Shown: positions 20,838 to 30,798 of the stretch, in pieces
Layout: the number at the start of each line of letters is the position of its first letter
Position numbering within the stretch: the first letter of the stretch is position 1
Source: Myxococcota bacterium
GTDB taxonomy: Bacteria; Myxococcota_A; Polyangia; Nannocystales; Nannocystaceae
Assembly (NCBI GenBank): GCA_039028615.1
Contig: JBCCHT010000001.1
Span: 320,001-384,000, forward strand
Reading direction: 5' to 3'
DNA: 64,000 nt
Notes under the pieces: generated by a model
What the model was told of the DNA's origin: nothing
Database searches by the model: none
The model's input: the letters and a program-made list of their open reading frames with translations, nothing else
Program-made: the position numbers and the translations under genes

Positions 20838-21608
20838 ATGCGGCAGCAAATCCTCGGACTGGTGATGGCGAGCGCAGCATTCGGCTGTGCCCCGCCGCCC
20901 GTGATTCCCGGCAGCGACGACAGCGGGGCGCAGGCCTCTGACGACGGTGAGGGCGACTCCACCGAAGCCTCCGCCATGGACGGCGCACAGCTCGATCCCG
21001 CCTCCCTCGATCGCAGCACCGCGGCTGGGCCCTGCGGCTACCCCGGGCCGGGCGACGCGGGCTACGGCACCGACGTGGGCCAGCGCCTCGCCGACAGCGG
21101 CTCCTTCGAGCTCATCGACTGCGAGGGCAACTCCTTTTCCATCGCCGACTTCATGTGCGAGCGCGAGGGCGGGGGCTACAACGCGGGCGTCCTGCTCAAC
21201 CTGGGCGCCGGGTGGTGCGGCCCCTGCCAGGAAGAGACCCTCGAGTTTCCCGAGATCTACGAGGAGTACCACTCGCGCGGCATCGAGATCGTGCAGGTGA
21301 TGTTCCAGGACTGGGACGCGCAGGCCCCCACCCGCAGCTTCTGCACCGACTGGAGCGAGGGCCAGTGGCGCACGGGGGCCGACGGCTCGACCCAAGACGT
21401 CGGCGTGCGACTGCACTTCCCCGTGCTGCTCGATCAGATCAACGACTGGACCTCGATCTACTTGCAAGACCCGCAGTCGGCGACGCCGGTCAACATCCTG
21501 CTCGACGCCAACGGCAACATCCGCTGGAAGCTCGAGGGGCAGCAGCCCGAGCTCGACCTGCTGCGCGCCCAGTTCGACCTCGTGCTCGCCAACCCCTACG
21601 GAACCTGA
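20838..21608 (+). CDS. Thioredoxin-like (TlpA family) lipoprotein
   Basis: Lipobox AFGC; GAGWCGPCQEE, FPVLLD and TPVNILLD. Confidence 0.88.
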   Translation: MRQQILGLVMASAAFGCAPPPVIPGSDDSGAQASDDGEGDSTEASAMDGAQLDPASLDRSTAAGPCGYPGPGDAGYGTDVGQRLADSGSFELIDCEGNSFSIADFMCEREGGGYNAGVLLNLGAGWCGPCQEETLEFPEIYEEYHSRGIEIVQVMFQDWDAQAPTRSFCTDWSEGQWRTGADGSTQDVGVRLHFPVLLDQINDWTSIYLQDPQSATPVNILLDANGNIRWKLEGQQPELDLLRAQFDLVLANPYGT

Positions 21609-21611
21609 GGC

Positions 21612-22112
21612 ATGCGGCTCACCACCATCGCTCTGCTCGGCGCCCTGACGACCCTGGGCTGCGCCTCCTCGGGGGCGGGCCCCCGCGGTCTCGACATCGC
21701 CCTGCCCGGCCTCGACGGTACGCTGGTCACCCCCACCCCGGCGGCGGGCGACGAAATCTACGTGCTCGCGTTCTGGGCGACCTGGTGTCAGCCCTGTCAG
21801 CAGGAGCTCACCAAGCTCGACGCCTTGTACGCCGAGAAGAAGGGACGCGGCCTCGAGGTCTATGCCATCAACATCGACAGCCCCGACACCACCGCGCAGG
21901 TCGGGCCCTGGGTCGAGCGCGAGGGCTACTCGTTCCCGGTCTTGATCGATCGAGAGACCCAGGTGCTCACCCGCTACAACCCCCGCGGCGACATTCCCTA
22001 CTACGTGGTGCTCGACGCCACGGGGAAGATCCTGCACGACCACCAGGGGTACATGAGCGGGGACATCGACGAGCTGAGCGCGTTCCTCGACGGCGTGCTT
22101 CGGCCCGGCTAG
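21612..22112 (+). CDS. TlpA disulfide reductase family lipoprotein
   Basis: Lipobox TLGC; FWATWCQPC, FPVLID and IPYYVVLD. Confidence 0.93.
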   Translation: MRLTTIALLGALTTLGCASSGAGPRGLDIALPGLDGTLVTPTPAAGDEIYVLAFWATWCQPCQQELTKLDALYAEKKGRGLEVYAINIDSPDTTAQVGPWVEREGYSFPVLIDRETQVLTRYNPRGDIPYYVVLDATGKILHDHQGYMSGDIDELSAFLDGVLRPG

Positions 22113-22134
22113 CCCCCCACGGATCGTAGGTCTG

Positions 22135-24147
22135 GTGCTGCTCGAGGTCGCGACTGCTCTGATCCTCGCCTCGGGCTCGGCCGCGTCCACGGACGGGCCC
22201 ACCGAGATCGCGCCCGATGCGGACGCGGCGGAGACGAGCCCGTCGGAGCCGCCCACGGTCGCAGCCGCCGAGCGCACGGCCGAAGCCACCGAGGAGCCCG
22301 AGGACGCCACCGAGGCGCCTGCGGAGGCCACTGAGGACGAGGTCCCCGCCGAGCCCCCGAAGAGCGCTGCGCCGCCGTCCGAGCCGCCCAAGCGATCATG
22401 GCGCGACCGCACGCGCATTCCCTCGTCGCGGGTCGGCAACGCGATCATCCAGCCGTGGGTCCGCAGCACCACCTTCGTGCAGTGGTACCGGGAAAACTAC
22501 AACACGCAGCAATCGGACGATGGCTTCGTCGCGCTCGTGCAGCGCCTCGGGACCGGCACCGACGTTCGCCTGAAACAGGTCACGCTGGGCACCCAGCTCC
22601 GCCTCGATGGCCAGAAGATCTGGTTCCCCGACTCGCAAGATTGCTCGGGCGACTGCGTGCCCGTCGAGGACGACGTCCGGCTCGAGCGCTTCACCGTGTC
22701 GGCGGACACCCGCTACTTCTCCGTGCAAGGTGGTGACTTCCAGGCCTCGTTCGGCCGCGGCATGGGCCTGAGCGTGCGCAAGGTCGACCTCATCGGCGTC
22801 GACGCGACGATCAAGGGCGGCCGGGTCGATCTTCGTACCAAGCCGGTGCGGGTCACGGGCATCGCGGGCTTCGCCAACCGCCAGAACAGCGACTTCGCCA
22901 CCCGGCAGCTCATCGAAGACCCGGGCTATCCGGGGCAGTCCTATACCTTCTCGCCCGACACCGAGGACCGCGGCTGCAACGTCGACGGTGCCCTCGATCC
23001 CGACTTCGGCAACCCCCTGTGGACCATCTGCTCCGATCTCGTGGCCGGCGGGCGCGTCGAGGGCAGCCTGCCGGGCAAGGTCGAGGTCGGGGCGCATCAC
23101 GTCTATCTCGACTACGGCGACGAGGTCAGGGCGGGGGTGGTCGACGAGCACTCGCACCTCATCGGTGGCGACATCGCCCGGGCTCGCATCGCGGGCGTCT
23201 GGGACATGTTCGTGGGCGCGTCGGGGATCATCCGCAACCCGAACCTGCGCGGCACGCCGCTCGAGCCCCAGAGCTTTCGCGGCTACGGCATCTATGCCTC
23301 CAACGTGTTCGTGGCCGGCACCACCACCATCTTGGTCGAGGCCAAGCACTACCAGGACTACCTGCTCGCGCTGTCGCAGAACTCCCTGCTGCAATACGCG
23401 GAAAACCCCACCCTCGAGCGCGAAGACCAGCAGGTACCCGGCAACCAAAACGCCACTGGGGCTCGGCTCCGCGTGGACCATACCTGGCGCGACCTCGGCC
23501 TGACCGTGTTCGGCAGCTCGCTCGAGTACGCCTACTCCGAAGATGTCGGCACCTCGGCCTTTCGCTCCGACGGACGCCTCGCCACCCACAACTACGCGGG
23601 CGTCATCTGGCGGAAGAAGGGCACCGACTTCGTGCTCCAGGTCTCGGGTGGCTACCGCTACGAGCGGTTCCTCGATCCGCCCGTCGGCAGCCCGCTGCGC
23701 CGCCGCTTCCCGCACGCCGAATTCTACGTGACCATCCCGGTCGCCAAGGCCAACGGGCTCACCCACACGATGTCGGTCCGCGGCGAGGGGCGCTGGGAGA
23801 ACTTCCGTACGGTGGGCAGCGGCGAGGACTTCTTCCGCGGCCTGCTCACGGTGGGCTACAGCATGAGCCCCTGGTTTTCCGTATCGCTTCTGCAGGGCAT
23901 CGACACCGAGCTGCCGACCCCGCCGGGCGAGCCTTCGCTCACCGACGAAGAGTGTGAAGGCGGCGCGGGCTCGACCTGCCGCCCCCACCTGTGGCCCGGG
24001 GTTCAGGCGCAGATCAACCTGTTCGGCGCGAGCTTCCTGCGGCTATTCGCGGGACGACAGGTCGGCGGCCGCGTGTGCGTCAACGGCTCGTGCCGCACCC
24101 TCCCCGACTTCGAGGGCGTGCGCAGCGAGCTGGTGTTCTCGTTCTGA
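22135..24147 (+). CDS. Outer-membrane beta-barrel protein, DUF6029-like
   Basis: GDFQASFGRGMGL, EAKHY and C-terminal GGRVCVNGSCRTLPDFEGVRSELVFSF ending in Phe. Confidence 0.7.
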   Translation: MLLEVATALILASGSAASTDGPTEIAPDADAAETSPSEPPTVAAAERTAEATEEPEDATEAPAEATEDEVPAEPPKSAAPPSEPPKRSWRDRTRIPSSRVGNAIIQPWVRSTTFVQWYRENYNTQQSDDGFVALVQRLGTGTDVRLKQVTLGTQLRLDGQKIWFPDSQDCSGDCVPVEDDVRLERFTVSADTRYFSVQGGDFQASFGRGMGLSVRKVDLIGVDATIKGGRVDLRTKPVRVTGIAGFANRQNSDFATRQLIEDPGYPGQSYTFSPDTEDRGCNVDGALDPDFGNPLWTICSDLVAGGRVEGSLPGKVEVGAHHVYLDYGDEVRAGVVDEHSHLIGGDIARARIAGVWDMFVGASGIIRNPNLRGTPLEPQSFRGYGIYASNVFVAGTTTILVEAKHYQDYLLALSQNSLLQYAENPTLEREDQQVPGNQNATGARLRVDHTWRDLGLTVFGSSLEYAYSEDVGTSAFRSDGRLATHNYAGVIWRKKGTDFVLQVSGGYRYERFLDPPVGSPLRRRFPHAEFYVTIPVAKANGLTHTMSVRGEGRWENFRTVGSGEDFFRGLLTVGYSMSPWFSVSLLQGIDTELPTPPGEPSLTDEECEGGAGSTCRPHLWPGVQAQINLFGASFLRLFAGRQVGGRVCVNGSCRTLPDFEGVRSELVFSF

Positions 24148-24235
24148 GCATCACGCCGCCGTCACTGCGCGTCCTCGCTCCCCCACGGGGCCTTTGCTTG
24201 CGACGGGTGCTCCGGGCTGTCATCGTCATCGACGC

Positions 24236-24844
24236 GTGAGCGGGATTCTCGAGACCTGGCGTGCCTCGCTCGCGTGGCTGCTGCGCGAATACGAGACCCG
24301 GCGCGGTCGCTTCGCGACCTTCATCCCTCGCCTGTTCCTGTTCTTCGTGCTCCTCAACGCCTCGTGCTACTGGCTGGGCATCCTGGGGGCCTACCCGGAG
24401 AAGCTCGCGGGCGACGACGCCATGCACTACGTGTGGCTGCAGATCCCGGTGGGCGTGCTCGGGGCGGTCTTCGACACCGCGTCGTTCTTCGTCACCGTGG
24501 TGATCGTACGCCGGGCCCTGCGCAGTCGCGGCATCGTCGAGTACGTGGGACATCTATCGCTCGATGCGGTCATCGCCGTGCTCGCCACGCTGTGGGTCCT
24601 GCTCGTGTTCTCGGTGTCGGGGTGGATCCTCAGCGTCCTCGAGGCGCAGCCGGAGCTGCTCAGCGCGCGCAATGCCGAGTACGAGTCGCGGCTGGCCGAG
24701 GCGATCCGAAACCCGCGCGGAGAGTGGCGCAACATCTACTTCGGCGTCGTGATGGGCGTCTCGGCGTCGCTGCCCACCCTGGTCCACCTGGGGCTGTTCG
24801 CCCGGGCCGTGGTCCGTCGCCTGCTGGCGCCCGCTCGGGCCTGA
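24236..24844 (+). CDS. Hypothetical membrane protein
   Basis: About four hydrophobic helices; GC3-rich frame. Confidence 0.75.
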   Translation: MSGILETWRASLAWLLREYETRRGRFATFIPRLFLFFVLLNASCYWLGILGAYPEKLAGDDAMHYVWLQIPVGVLGAVFDTASFFVTVVIVRRALRSRGIVEYVGHLSLDAVIAVLATLWVLLVFSVSGWILSVLEAQPELLSARNAEYESRLAEAIRNPRGEWRNIYFGVVMGVSASLPTLVHLGLFARAVVRRLLAPARA

Positions 24845-24943
24845 GCCCGTTCCCGGCCCGAAACGACGCCTCGGCGGAAAATCGAAGTTCTTTTCGATTT
24901 CCTAGATCGAAGGGCGACGCAGGCCGTTGAGTACCCGGCCGCC

Positions 24944-25510
24944 ATGTCACTGCACCGCACCGCCCCCACCCATCGCCGCATCCACCACGTCCTGGGCCTC
25001 GGGGTCAGCGGGGCCGCCCTCGCCGGGCTCATCTACGTCGAGAGCGTCTCCGCTTCGACCGATGCTCCCCTGCCCGAGCCCGAAATCGAGGTCACCGAGT
25101 CCACCACCACCACGCAGCCCGCGTCGAGGGCCGTCCCGACCGTGGCGGCCCTCGACGTCGGGACGGCTGCCGCCCCCGTCGCAGTCGCGGTCGCCCCCGT
25201 GCCTGCCACGGCCACGGCCACGGCTCCGATGGCCGTGGCGACCACCGCCGCTGCCAACACCCAAGTCGCGGCCATGGTGACCATGCCGGACGTCGTGGGC
25301 ATGAAGGTCAACGAGGCCCGTCGCGAGCTCAAGAAGCTCGGCCTGGTGATGACCGTCCGCGACTCCTACAACGACAAGATTCCCATCGAGTATCAGCGCG
25401 ACTACAAGGTCCGCCGTCAGGCCGTCGACGCGGGCACGGCCCTGTCCGAGGGAACCTGGGTGCGCGTGGGCGCTCGACAGCGACGCATGCGGCTCCCCAT
25501 GGGGTACTGA
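24944..25510 (+). CDS. PASTA domain protein
   Basis: TM segment, Ala/Thr linker, MPDVVGMKVNEARRELKKLGL...VRRQ...AGT. Confidence 0.85.
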   Translation: MSLHRTAPTHRRIHHVLGLGVSGAALAGLIYVESVSASTDAPLPEPEIEVTESTTTTQPASRAVPTVAALDVGTAAAPVAVAVAPVPATATATAPMAVATTAAANTQVAAMVTMPDVVGMKVNEARRELKKLGLVMTVRDSYNDKIPIEYQRDYKVRRQAVDAGTALSEGTWVRVGARQRRMRLPMGY

Positions 25511-25511
25511 G

Positions 25512-26297
25512 ATGGTCGACTCGCTGGTCCGACTCGGGCTCTTCCTCGCCCTCACCGGGCTGGCCTTCGCCCCCCTCGAGCGCCTCTACGGCCGCCACCG
25601 TTCACCTCGGGCCGACCGCGCGACCGACCTGTGGTTCGCCACCGCCGGTCGCATGCTCGTGCAGCTCGGTCTCATCGTCATCGTGGGCACGGCATTGTTC
25701 GCGCTCGACGAGGTCGCGCTCGACACTCCGCTTTGGGCGTTTATCGACCACCGCGGCCTTCGCATGGCCATCGAGATCGGCACAGGCCTGGTGCTCTTCG
25801 AGCTGGCCGGCTACGCCTATCACCGCGCCGCCCATGCCGTGCCTGCGCTGTGGCGCCTGCACGAGGTCCACCACAGCTCCGAGCGCATGGACTGGCTGGC
25901 CTCGTTTCGTCAGCACCCGCTCGAGATCGTGCTGGTGACCCTCGTCCAGAACGCGCCGCTGGTATTGCTGGGCCTGCCGCTCGGCTCCCACGCCATCGTG
26001 TTGCTGCTGCTCGAGCTCAACACCGTGTTCGTGCACGCCGACCTGCGGCTGTCCCGAGGCTCGTGGATGCGATGGATCGCCTCGCCGCACTTTCACCATC
26101 GCCACCACCAACGCGACGGTGCTCCCGTCAACTTCGCCGCGATGTTCCCCTGGATCGATCGGCTCTTCGGGACCTACGTGCCCGACGAGACGGGCCCGAT
26201 CGGCCTGCCCACGCCCTGCCCCCACGGCTTCGTGGCGCTGTTGGTACGCCCCTTCAGCCTCCGGACTTCGCGTTCTTCTTGGCCTTCATCCGGCTGA
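25512..26297 (+). CDS. Sterol desaturase/fatty acid hydroxylase family
   Basis: YHRAAH, LHEVHHS, HAD and HFHHRHH His boxes. Confidence 0.92.
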   Translation: MVDSLVRLGLFLALTGLAFAPLERLYGRHRSPRADRATDLWFATAGRMLVQLGLIVIVGTALFALDEVALDTPLWAFIDHRGLRMAIEIGTGLVLFELAGYAYHRAAHAVPALWRLHEVHHSSERMDWLASFRQHPLEIVLVTLVQNAPLVLLGLPLGSHAIVLLLLELNTVFVHADLRLSRGSWMRWIASPHFHHRHHQRDGAPVNFAAMFPWIDRLFGTYVPDETGPIGLPTPCPHGFVALLVRPFSLRTSRSSWPSSG

Positions 26298-27183
26298 GCC
26301 GCAGCGCCATCTCGTAGTGTCGACGAGCGTCTTCGTCGCTCACCTCGCCGCCGCGGACCTCCACCGGCTCGTAGCCCAGACGCTCCAGGGTGGGATTGCA
26401 GTGCGCGGCCAGCATGCCGATGGCGGGCTCGGGCAAGCTCTTCCAGCGACCCACGCTCGAGTCGTCGATCGCCGCGCGCCCGTAGGTCTTCCAGTCGCCA
26501 AACCCGACCCGACCCGCGCCGTCCAGCGCTCGCTCGACCAGGCCGTCCTCCCAGGGCTCGCCCACGTGCTCGAGCACGCGACGCACCACCGCCTCGGGGT
26601 CGGCCACCAGGTCTTCGTAGCGCAGGTCGATCGCCATGGGATCCTCGGCCACCAGCGTGGCCACGCGCTCCGCCGTGTCGACCCAGGCCCGCCCCATCGC
26701 CTCGAGCGGCTGCGGGAAGCGCCTCAGGTAGTCGTGCAGCTCTTCGACATAGCCGCCGGTCTTGTCGACCAGGTCGCGCAGGCTGCAGGCCACGTCGAGG
26801 CCGTGCCGCTGGATGCACACGAAGTACACGTGCCCGCGGCAGAGCCGAGCGATGGCGTCGAGGTGAAAGGCATCGAAGGCCGTCTTCTCGGCCCATCGCG
26901 GCTTGCCTTGCGCCTGGGCGTGCTCATCGAGGAACCCGAACACCATCGCCCGCAGGCGGCCGAGCACGTCGTCTTCGGAGAAGCCCGCGAAGCTCAGTCC
27001 GCTCAGCACCCCGATGCGCAGGCCCTGGGCGAAGCGCTCCTCGTGGAGGAAGCGAGCCGCCGCGCTGAGCAGGTAGGTCTCGGGCGGGCAGCTCACCGCC
27101 GGGTGGGCGTCGAGGATCCGGCGCAGCAACGTCGTGCCGGACCGAGGTGTACCGACGATGACGATGCCCTTGCGCTCGGTCAT
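26254..27183 (-). CDS. Sulfotransferase
   Basis: GTPRSGTTLL (5'-PSB), WAEKT, RHGLDVACS and LRYEDLV. Confidence 0.92.
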   Translation of the reverse strand: MTERKGIVIVGTPRSGTTLLRRILDAHPAVSCPPETYLLSAAARFLHEERFAQGLRIGVLSGLSFAGFSEDDVLGRLRAMVFGFLDEHAQAQGKPRWAEKTAFDAFHLDAIARLCRGHVYFVCIQRHGLDVACSLRDLVDKTGGYVEELHDYLRRFPQPLEAMGRAWVDTAERVATLVAEDPMAIDLRYEDLVADPEAVVRRVLEHVGEPWEDGLVERALDGAGRVGFGDWKTYGRAAIDDSSVGRWKSLPEPAIGMLAAHCNPTLERLGYEPVEVRGGEVSDEDARRHYEMALRLSRMKAKKNAKSGG

Positions 27184-27425
27184 CCCTGCGCCTGAGCGGC
27201 TCCGAAGGCCAGGATCCGATTGACCGAGTCGAGGTTGTCGATGTCGATGTCCTCGGGCCCCAGGCGGCTGCCGGTGTGCTGCTCGAGGAAGCCGAGCAGC
27301 TCGACCATCGCAAACGAGTCGATGAGACCGGTGGAGAACAGCTCGTCGTCGTCTCCGACGTTGTCGAAGTTGGCCCGCGTCTTGGTCGCGAGGAACTCGC
27401 GGAGTACTTCTCGGGTCAGCGTCAT
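27180..27425 (-). CDS. Stand-alone acyl/peptidyl carrier protein
   Basis: GLIDSFAMVELLGFLE phosphopantetheine motif; ATGA overlap with the sulfotransferase. Confidence 0.9.
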   Translation of the reverse strand: MTLTREVLREFLATKTRANFDNVGDDDELFSTGLIDSFAMVELLGFLEQHTGSRLGPEDIDIDNLDSVNRILAFGAAQAQG

Positions 27426-27516
27426 GGCGGCCGGAGCCTACCAGCACGCTCGCGAAGTCGAGCAACCGCCTGATTTCACTGCACTAAAAGCGGCAGCGGG
27501 CCGAGCCCTGCCGCGC

Positions 27517-28539
27517 TCACTCGGACTCGACCGCCGCGATCACGTCGGCCACATAGCGAGGGTCGGTGCCCGCCGCAAAGTAGAGCACGCCGTCGAAACC
27601 CGACCGCCGCGAAGGACACGGGCGCTGAGGTCGACACCCCGGGTGCGGGTCACCACCGCTCGGAGGGTCGGGACGCTCGGGGCCCTCCGCACACGGCGGC
27701 GGCTCGGGAGGTGGGCACGGCTCGTCTGGATGCTCGGGTCGCTCCGGTCGGCACGGAGGGGGGCTCGGGCAGCACTCTGACTCGTCGTCCGACGATGAGC
27801 CCTCGGGGATCGGGTACCGGCCCGCGATGATTTCGCCGTCCGCCGCGTGAATGTCCAAGCCGCCGATGATGGGGCGACCGTCGCGGGTGATGCGACCGGG
27901 CACCTGATGACTCATGAGCGAGAGGTGACTCCGCCCCGAGCTGCCCAGCAGCGACCCCCGCTCCAGCGGCGTCAGCACCTGCTCGATCACCGTCTCCTGC
28001 GACCAACCATAGAGCCGACCGAAGTACTCGATCGCGCGCTGCCGATCGATGCACGCCACCTGAGCCTGGGGCAGGCGCTCGTGCTCCAAGCCCAGGCAGT
28101 GGCCGGTCATGTGGCGAACCACGCGAATGAGCTCGTAGTCGCTGGTGTGCTCGGTGAAGCCGCTCAGGTTCATCGTGGCTTCGCTCGTCGATGTGAACAG
28201 AATTTCGGTACCGATATAGGACCAGTGGCCCTCTCGACCCGATCGCGTAATGCGAATGTCACCGATGCCGCGGGTCTCGCAAAACCGCACATGGCCCCAG
28301 TCCGACCACGCGTTCATGTGCTCGAGGATTCGGTGCCGCAGCAGGCGACTCGGGTTGTCGAGAAACTCGACGCAAAAGCACATGCCCTCGAGCGGCCAAC
28401 AATGGGGCAGGCTCGGGTGCGCCCCAGGACATTGACCGTCTTTCGGCCTTTCATGCCCTTTCGAACGACCGCCCGGTCGCGCGTCGGCGGGCAAGCGCTT
28501 GGGCACGCAGGGTATGAACTCTCGCGATCGGCTACTCAT
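27517..28539 (-). CDS. M12/astacin-like metallopeptidase homologue lacking the catalytic Glu
   Basis: HMNAW, GHWSYIGT, TMNL and VVRHMTGHCLGLEHE (HExxHxxGxxH with E->M); SLMS Met-turn; Pro/Cys-rich tail. Confidence 0.8.
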   Translation of the reverse strand: MSSRSREFIPCVPKRLPADARPGGRSKGHERPKDGQCPGAHPSLPHCWPLEGMCFCVEFLDNPSRLLRHRILEHMNAWSDWGHVRFCETRGIGDIRITRSGREGHWSYIGTEILFTSTSEATMNLSGFTEHTSDYELIRVVRHMTGHCLGLEHERLPQAQVACIDRQRAIEYFGRLYGWSQETVIEQVLTPLERGSLLGSSGRSHLSLMSHQVPGRITRDGRPIIGGLDIHAADGEIIAGRYPIPEGSSSDDESECCPSPPPCRPERPEHPDEPCPPPEPPPCAEGPERPDPPSGGDPHPGCRPQRPCPSRRSGFDGVLYFAAGTDPRYVADVIAAVESE

Positions 28540-28642
28540 CGCCCAGCGTCCACCAGGCTAGAACCGAGACCGCCGACGCACCACTCCCCTTGCGGGGGGG
28601 CCACCACTCCGGGCCTCGACCGTCACTGGTACCGTAGCCAAC

Positions 28643-29680
28643 ATGAGCACCACCATGATCCAAGGCATAGACGTCAGCGATGCCCAAGGCACCATCGACT
28701 ACTCCGCGCTCAGCGGAGCAGGGTTTCGCTTCTGCATCGTCAAGGCGACCGAGGGTGCGGACTACCAGAGCAGCCGTTGGGTCTCCAATATGGAGGCGAT
28801 AGCTCAGCTCGACGCGGGTACCAATTTCTTCGCCGGGGCCTATCACTTTGGCCGCCCCGACAACCGCAGCGGGCAATCGGGCGGTGAGACCGAGGGCAAG
28901 TGGTTCAGCCAGGTCCTCAAACAAACCGCCGCGAGCGTGGGCTTTTCGCTCACCGAGAATTTCATCGAGCCCGTGCTCGACATGGAGAAGTACAACGAAG
29001 ACGGCGCGGAGCTGAACAACGCCTGGATTCAGGGGTTTCTCAACGTGCTCCAACAGGAGACGGGCCGCAAGGGCATGATTTATACGGGCCCCAGCTACTG
29101 GCGCTATCAACAGGGCAACACCGAGCAGTTCGCCCAAGCCGGTATCCCGCTATGGGAGGTCTCCTACAGCAGCCATGGCGCCGATCCCTCCGCCACCCCA
29201 CCTCGTTTGCCCACCGATACATCCAAATCAGTGTGGGACGCTACTTTATGGCAATGGAGCGGAGGCGGGGATTTCAATCACTATGGGACCGTCCCCGGGG
29301 TCCCCAGTGGGGTGGCGGATGTGGACCGGGTCATGGGTGACGAGTCCACGCTCATGACGCTCGCTGCGGCCGGCGGCTCCAGCTCGACCGGAAGTCAAAC
29401 TGGGGGTTCCACGCCACAGTGGAACACTCTGCCCGAAAACGACCTGCGCGATTTGAGAGGCCAGCACAGCAGCTTCACCGCCCGCGTACAGGGCCTGCTC
29501 CTTTCACAAGATTACGGACCCCATGGGCTCGTTGCCTCGAGTACCGGTCGACCCGATGGCATCAGTGGAGACAGTACCGAATCGGCACTGAGCTCGTTCA
29601 AGGGCAAGGTCGGTCTACCCGCCAACACCATGGTGGACCAAGAGACATGGTGGCAGCTCGTTCAGCATGGTCTCGATTGA
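28643..29680 (+). CDS. GH25 lysozyme with C-terminal peptidoglycan-binding-like domain
   Basis: GIDVS, IVKATEG, GAYHF, PVLDME, IYTG, LWQWS and ADVD; then VQGLL...DGISG..T..AL..F; no evident signal peptide. Confidence 0.92.
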   Translation: MSTTMIQGIDVSDAQGTIDYSALSGAGFRFCIVKATEGADYQSSRWVSNMEAIAQLDAGTNFFAGAYHFGRPDNRSGQSGGETEGKWFSQVLKQTAASVGFSLTENFIEPVLDMEKYNEDGAELNNAWIQGFLNVLQQETGRKGMIYTGPSYWRYQQGNTEQFAQAGIPLWEVSYSSHGADPSATPPRLPTDTSKSVWDATLWQWSGGGDFNHYGTVPGVPSGVADVDRVMGDESTLMTLAAAGGSSSTGSQTGGSTPQWNTLPENDLRDLRGQHSSFTARVQGLLLSQDYGPHGLVASSTGRPDGISGDSTESALSSFKGKVGLPANTMVDQETWWQLVQHGLD

Positions 29681-30017
29681 AAGGCGATGTAATCGGGCCC
29701 GAAAGACGTAGAAGGGCCGAGCAAAGACGCGCACAACCATCGTCGTGAAAGAACGCGAAGCAAGGGTCCTGGCGCGAGGCTGAAACGCAGGGCCCTTGCA
29801 GCGCGAAGGAGGATGCACGCCCGCGGCGAAGCGGTACGTCGAGGGCTACGAGGTTTTGTGATCCGTGCGGGCACGAGGGTCACTCCCTCGAAGGTGAACC
29901 ACCCGTTTGCACGAGCTCGACTCGCCGAAGTCATCGCGACGATGGCGAGTCGCGGAATCGGTCATCGACACTCGATGACGTCGCTCGCTGCACGCCAATC
30001 ACCCGTCGGATCGTGGT

Positions 30018-30041
30018 TCACATTCCTATCCGTCGGGCGTC
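30018..30041 (+). promoter_or_regulatory. ECF-type promoter motif TCACA-N15-CGTC upstream of the ECF sigma gene
   Basis: TCACA ttcctatccgtcggg CGTC ag. Confidence 0.75.
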
Positions 30042-30159
30042 AGCACATGTACTCTCAACGCCCGAGACGAGGAAGCCGACGTGTTGGTCGGGTCCCGTCT
30101 CGCGCTGGGTTCGCTCGCCCTCGGGCGTATTGAGTGGTCGCCGACCGGGTGCATGTTCA

Positions 30160-30792
30160 ATGATCACTGATGTCGCAACTCCTGCCTGGGCCGAGGCACC
30201 GACCCAACGCGAACAAGCGCGTCGCAAACGGGCCCTACGTAGGGAAAGGCGACGGAATTCGCGGAAAGAGACGGTCGAGCCCTCCGACCGTTGGCGTGCC
30301 TGGATCGACAATCGAGACATGCTCTACCGCCGCTGTCTCGGCTGGACCAACGGCAATATCACCGAGACCGAAGACCTGCTCGGACAACTGCTCATGCGAC
30401 TCCTTCGCGTCGAGCCTTCCGAGTTTGAACAGGTCAAGTCACCGCGCGCCTGGATGACTCGCATCCTCCGGCACCTGTATGTCGACTTGGTCCGCGGCAA
30501 CTCACGTGCCCACGCCCATGACCTCGAAGTCGAACGCATGCTCCACGGTGGTGGCGGCGGCGACCCGGCCAACGAGGTCTGGCGCGGAGAGCTTTCCGAA
30601 GCGCTCCAATGTGCCATCGACGAACTTCCCTCCTCGCTGCGCGAGCCTCTCATTCAGCGTCATATCGACGGGCTCGGCTACCAACAAATCGCGAGCTGTC
30701 ACAAAATTACCGTTCCCACGGCTCGCAAGCGCTGCCAGCTGGCTCGTGACCGCATTCGGCAGTCGCTCAAGAACACTCTGTCACCGACCTGA
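30160..30792 (+). CDS. ECF sigma-70 factor (candidate activator of the reb region)
   Basis: LYRRCLGWTNGNITETEDLL, PRAWMTRILRHLYVD, AIDELPSSLRE and YQQIA...TARKR. Confidence 0.88.
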   Translation: MITDVATPAWAEAPTQREQARRKRALRRERRRNSRKETVEPSDRWRAWIDNRDMLYRRCLGWTNGNITETEDLLGQLLMRLLRVEPSEFEQVKSPRAWMTRILRHLYVDLVRGNSRAHAHDLEVERMLHGGGGGDPANEVWRGELSEALQCAIDELPSSLREPLIQRHIDGLGYQQIASCHKITVPTARKRCQLARDRIRQSLKNTLSPT

Positions 30793-30798
30793 GGGCAC

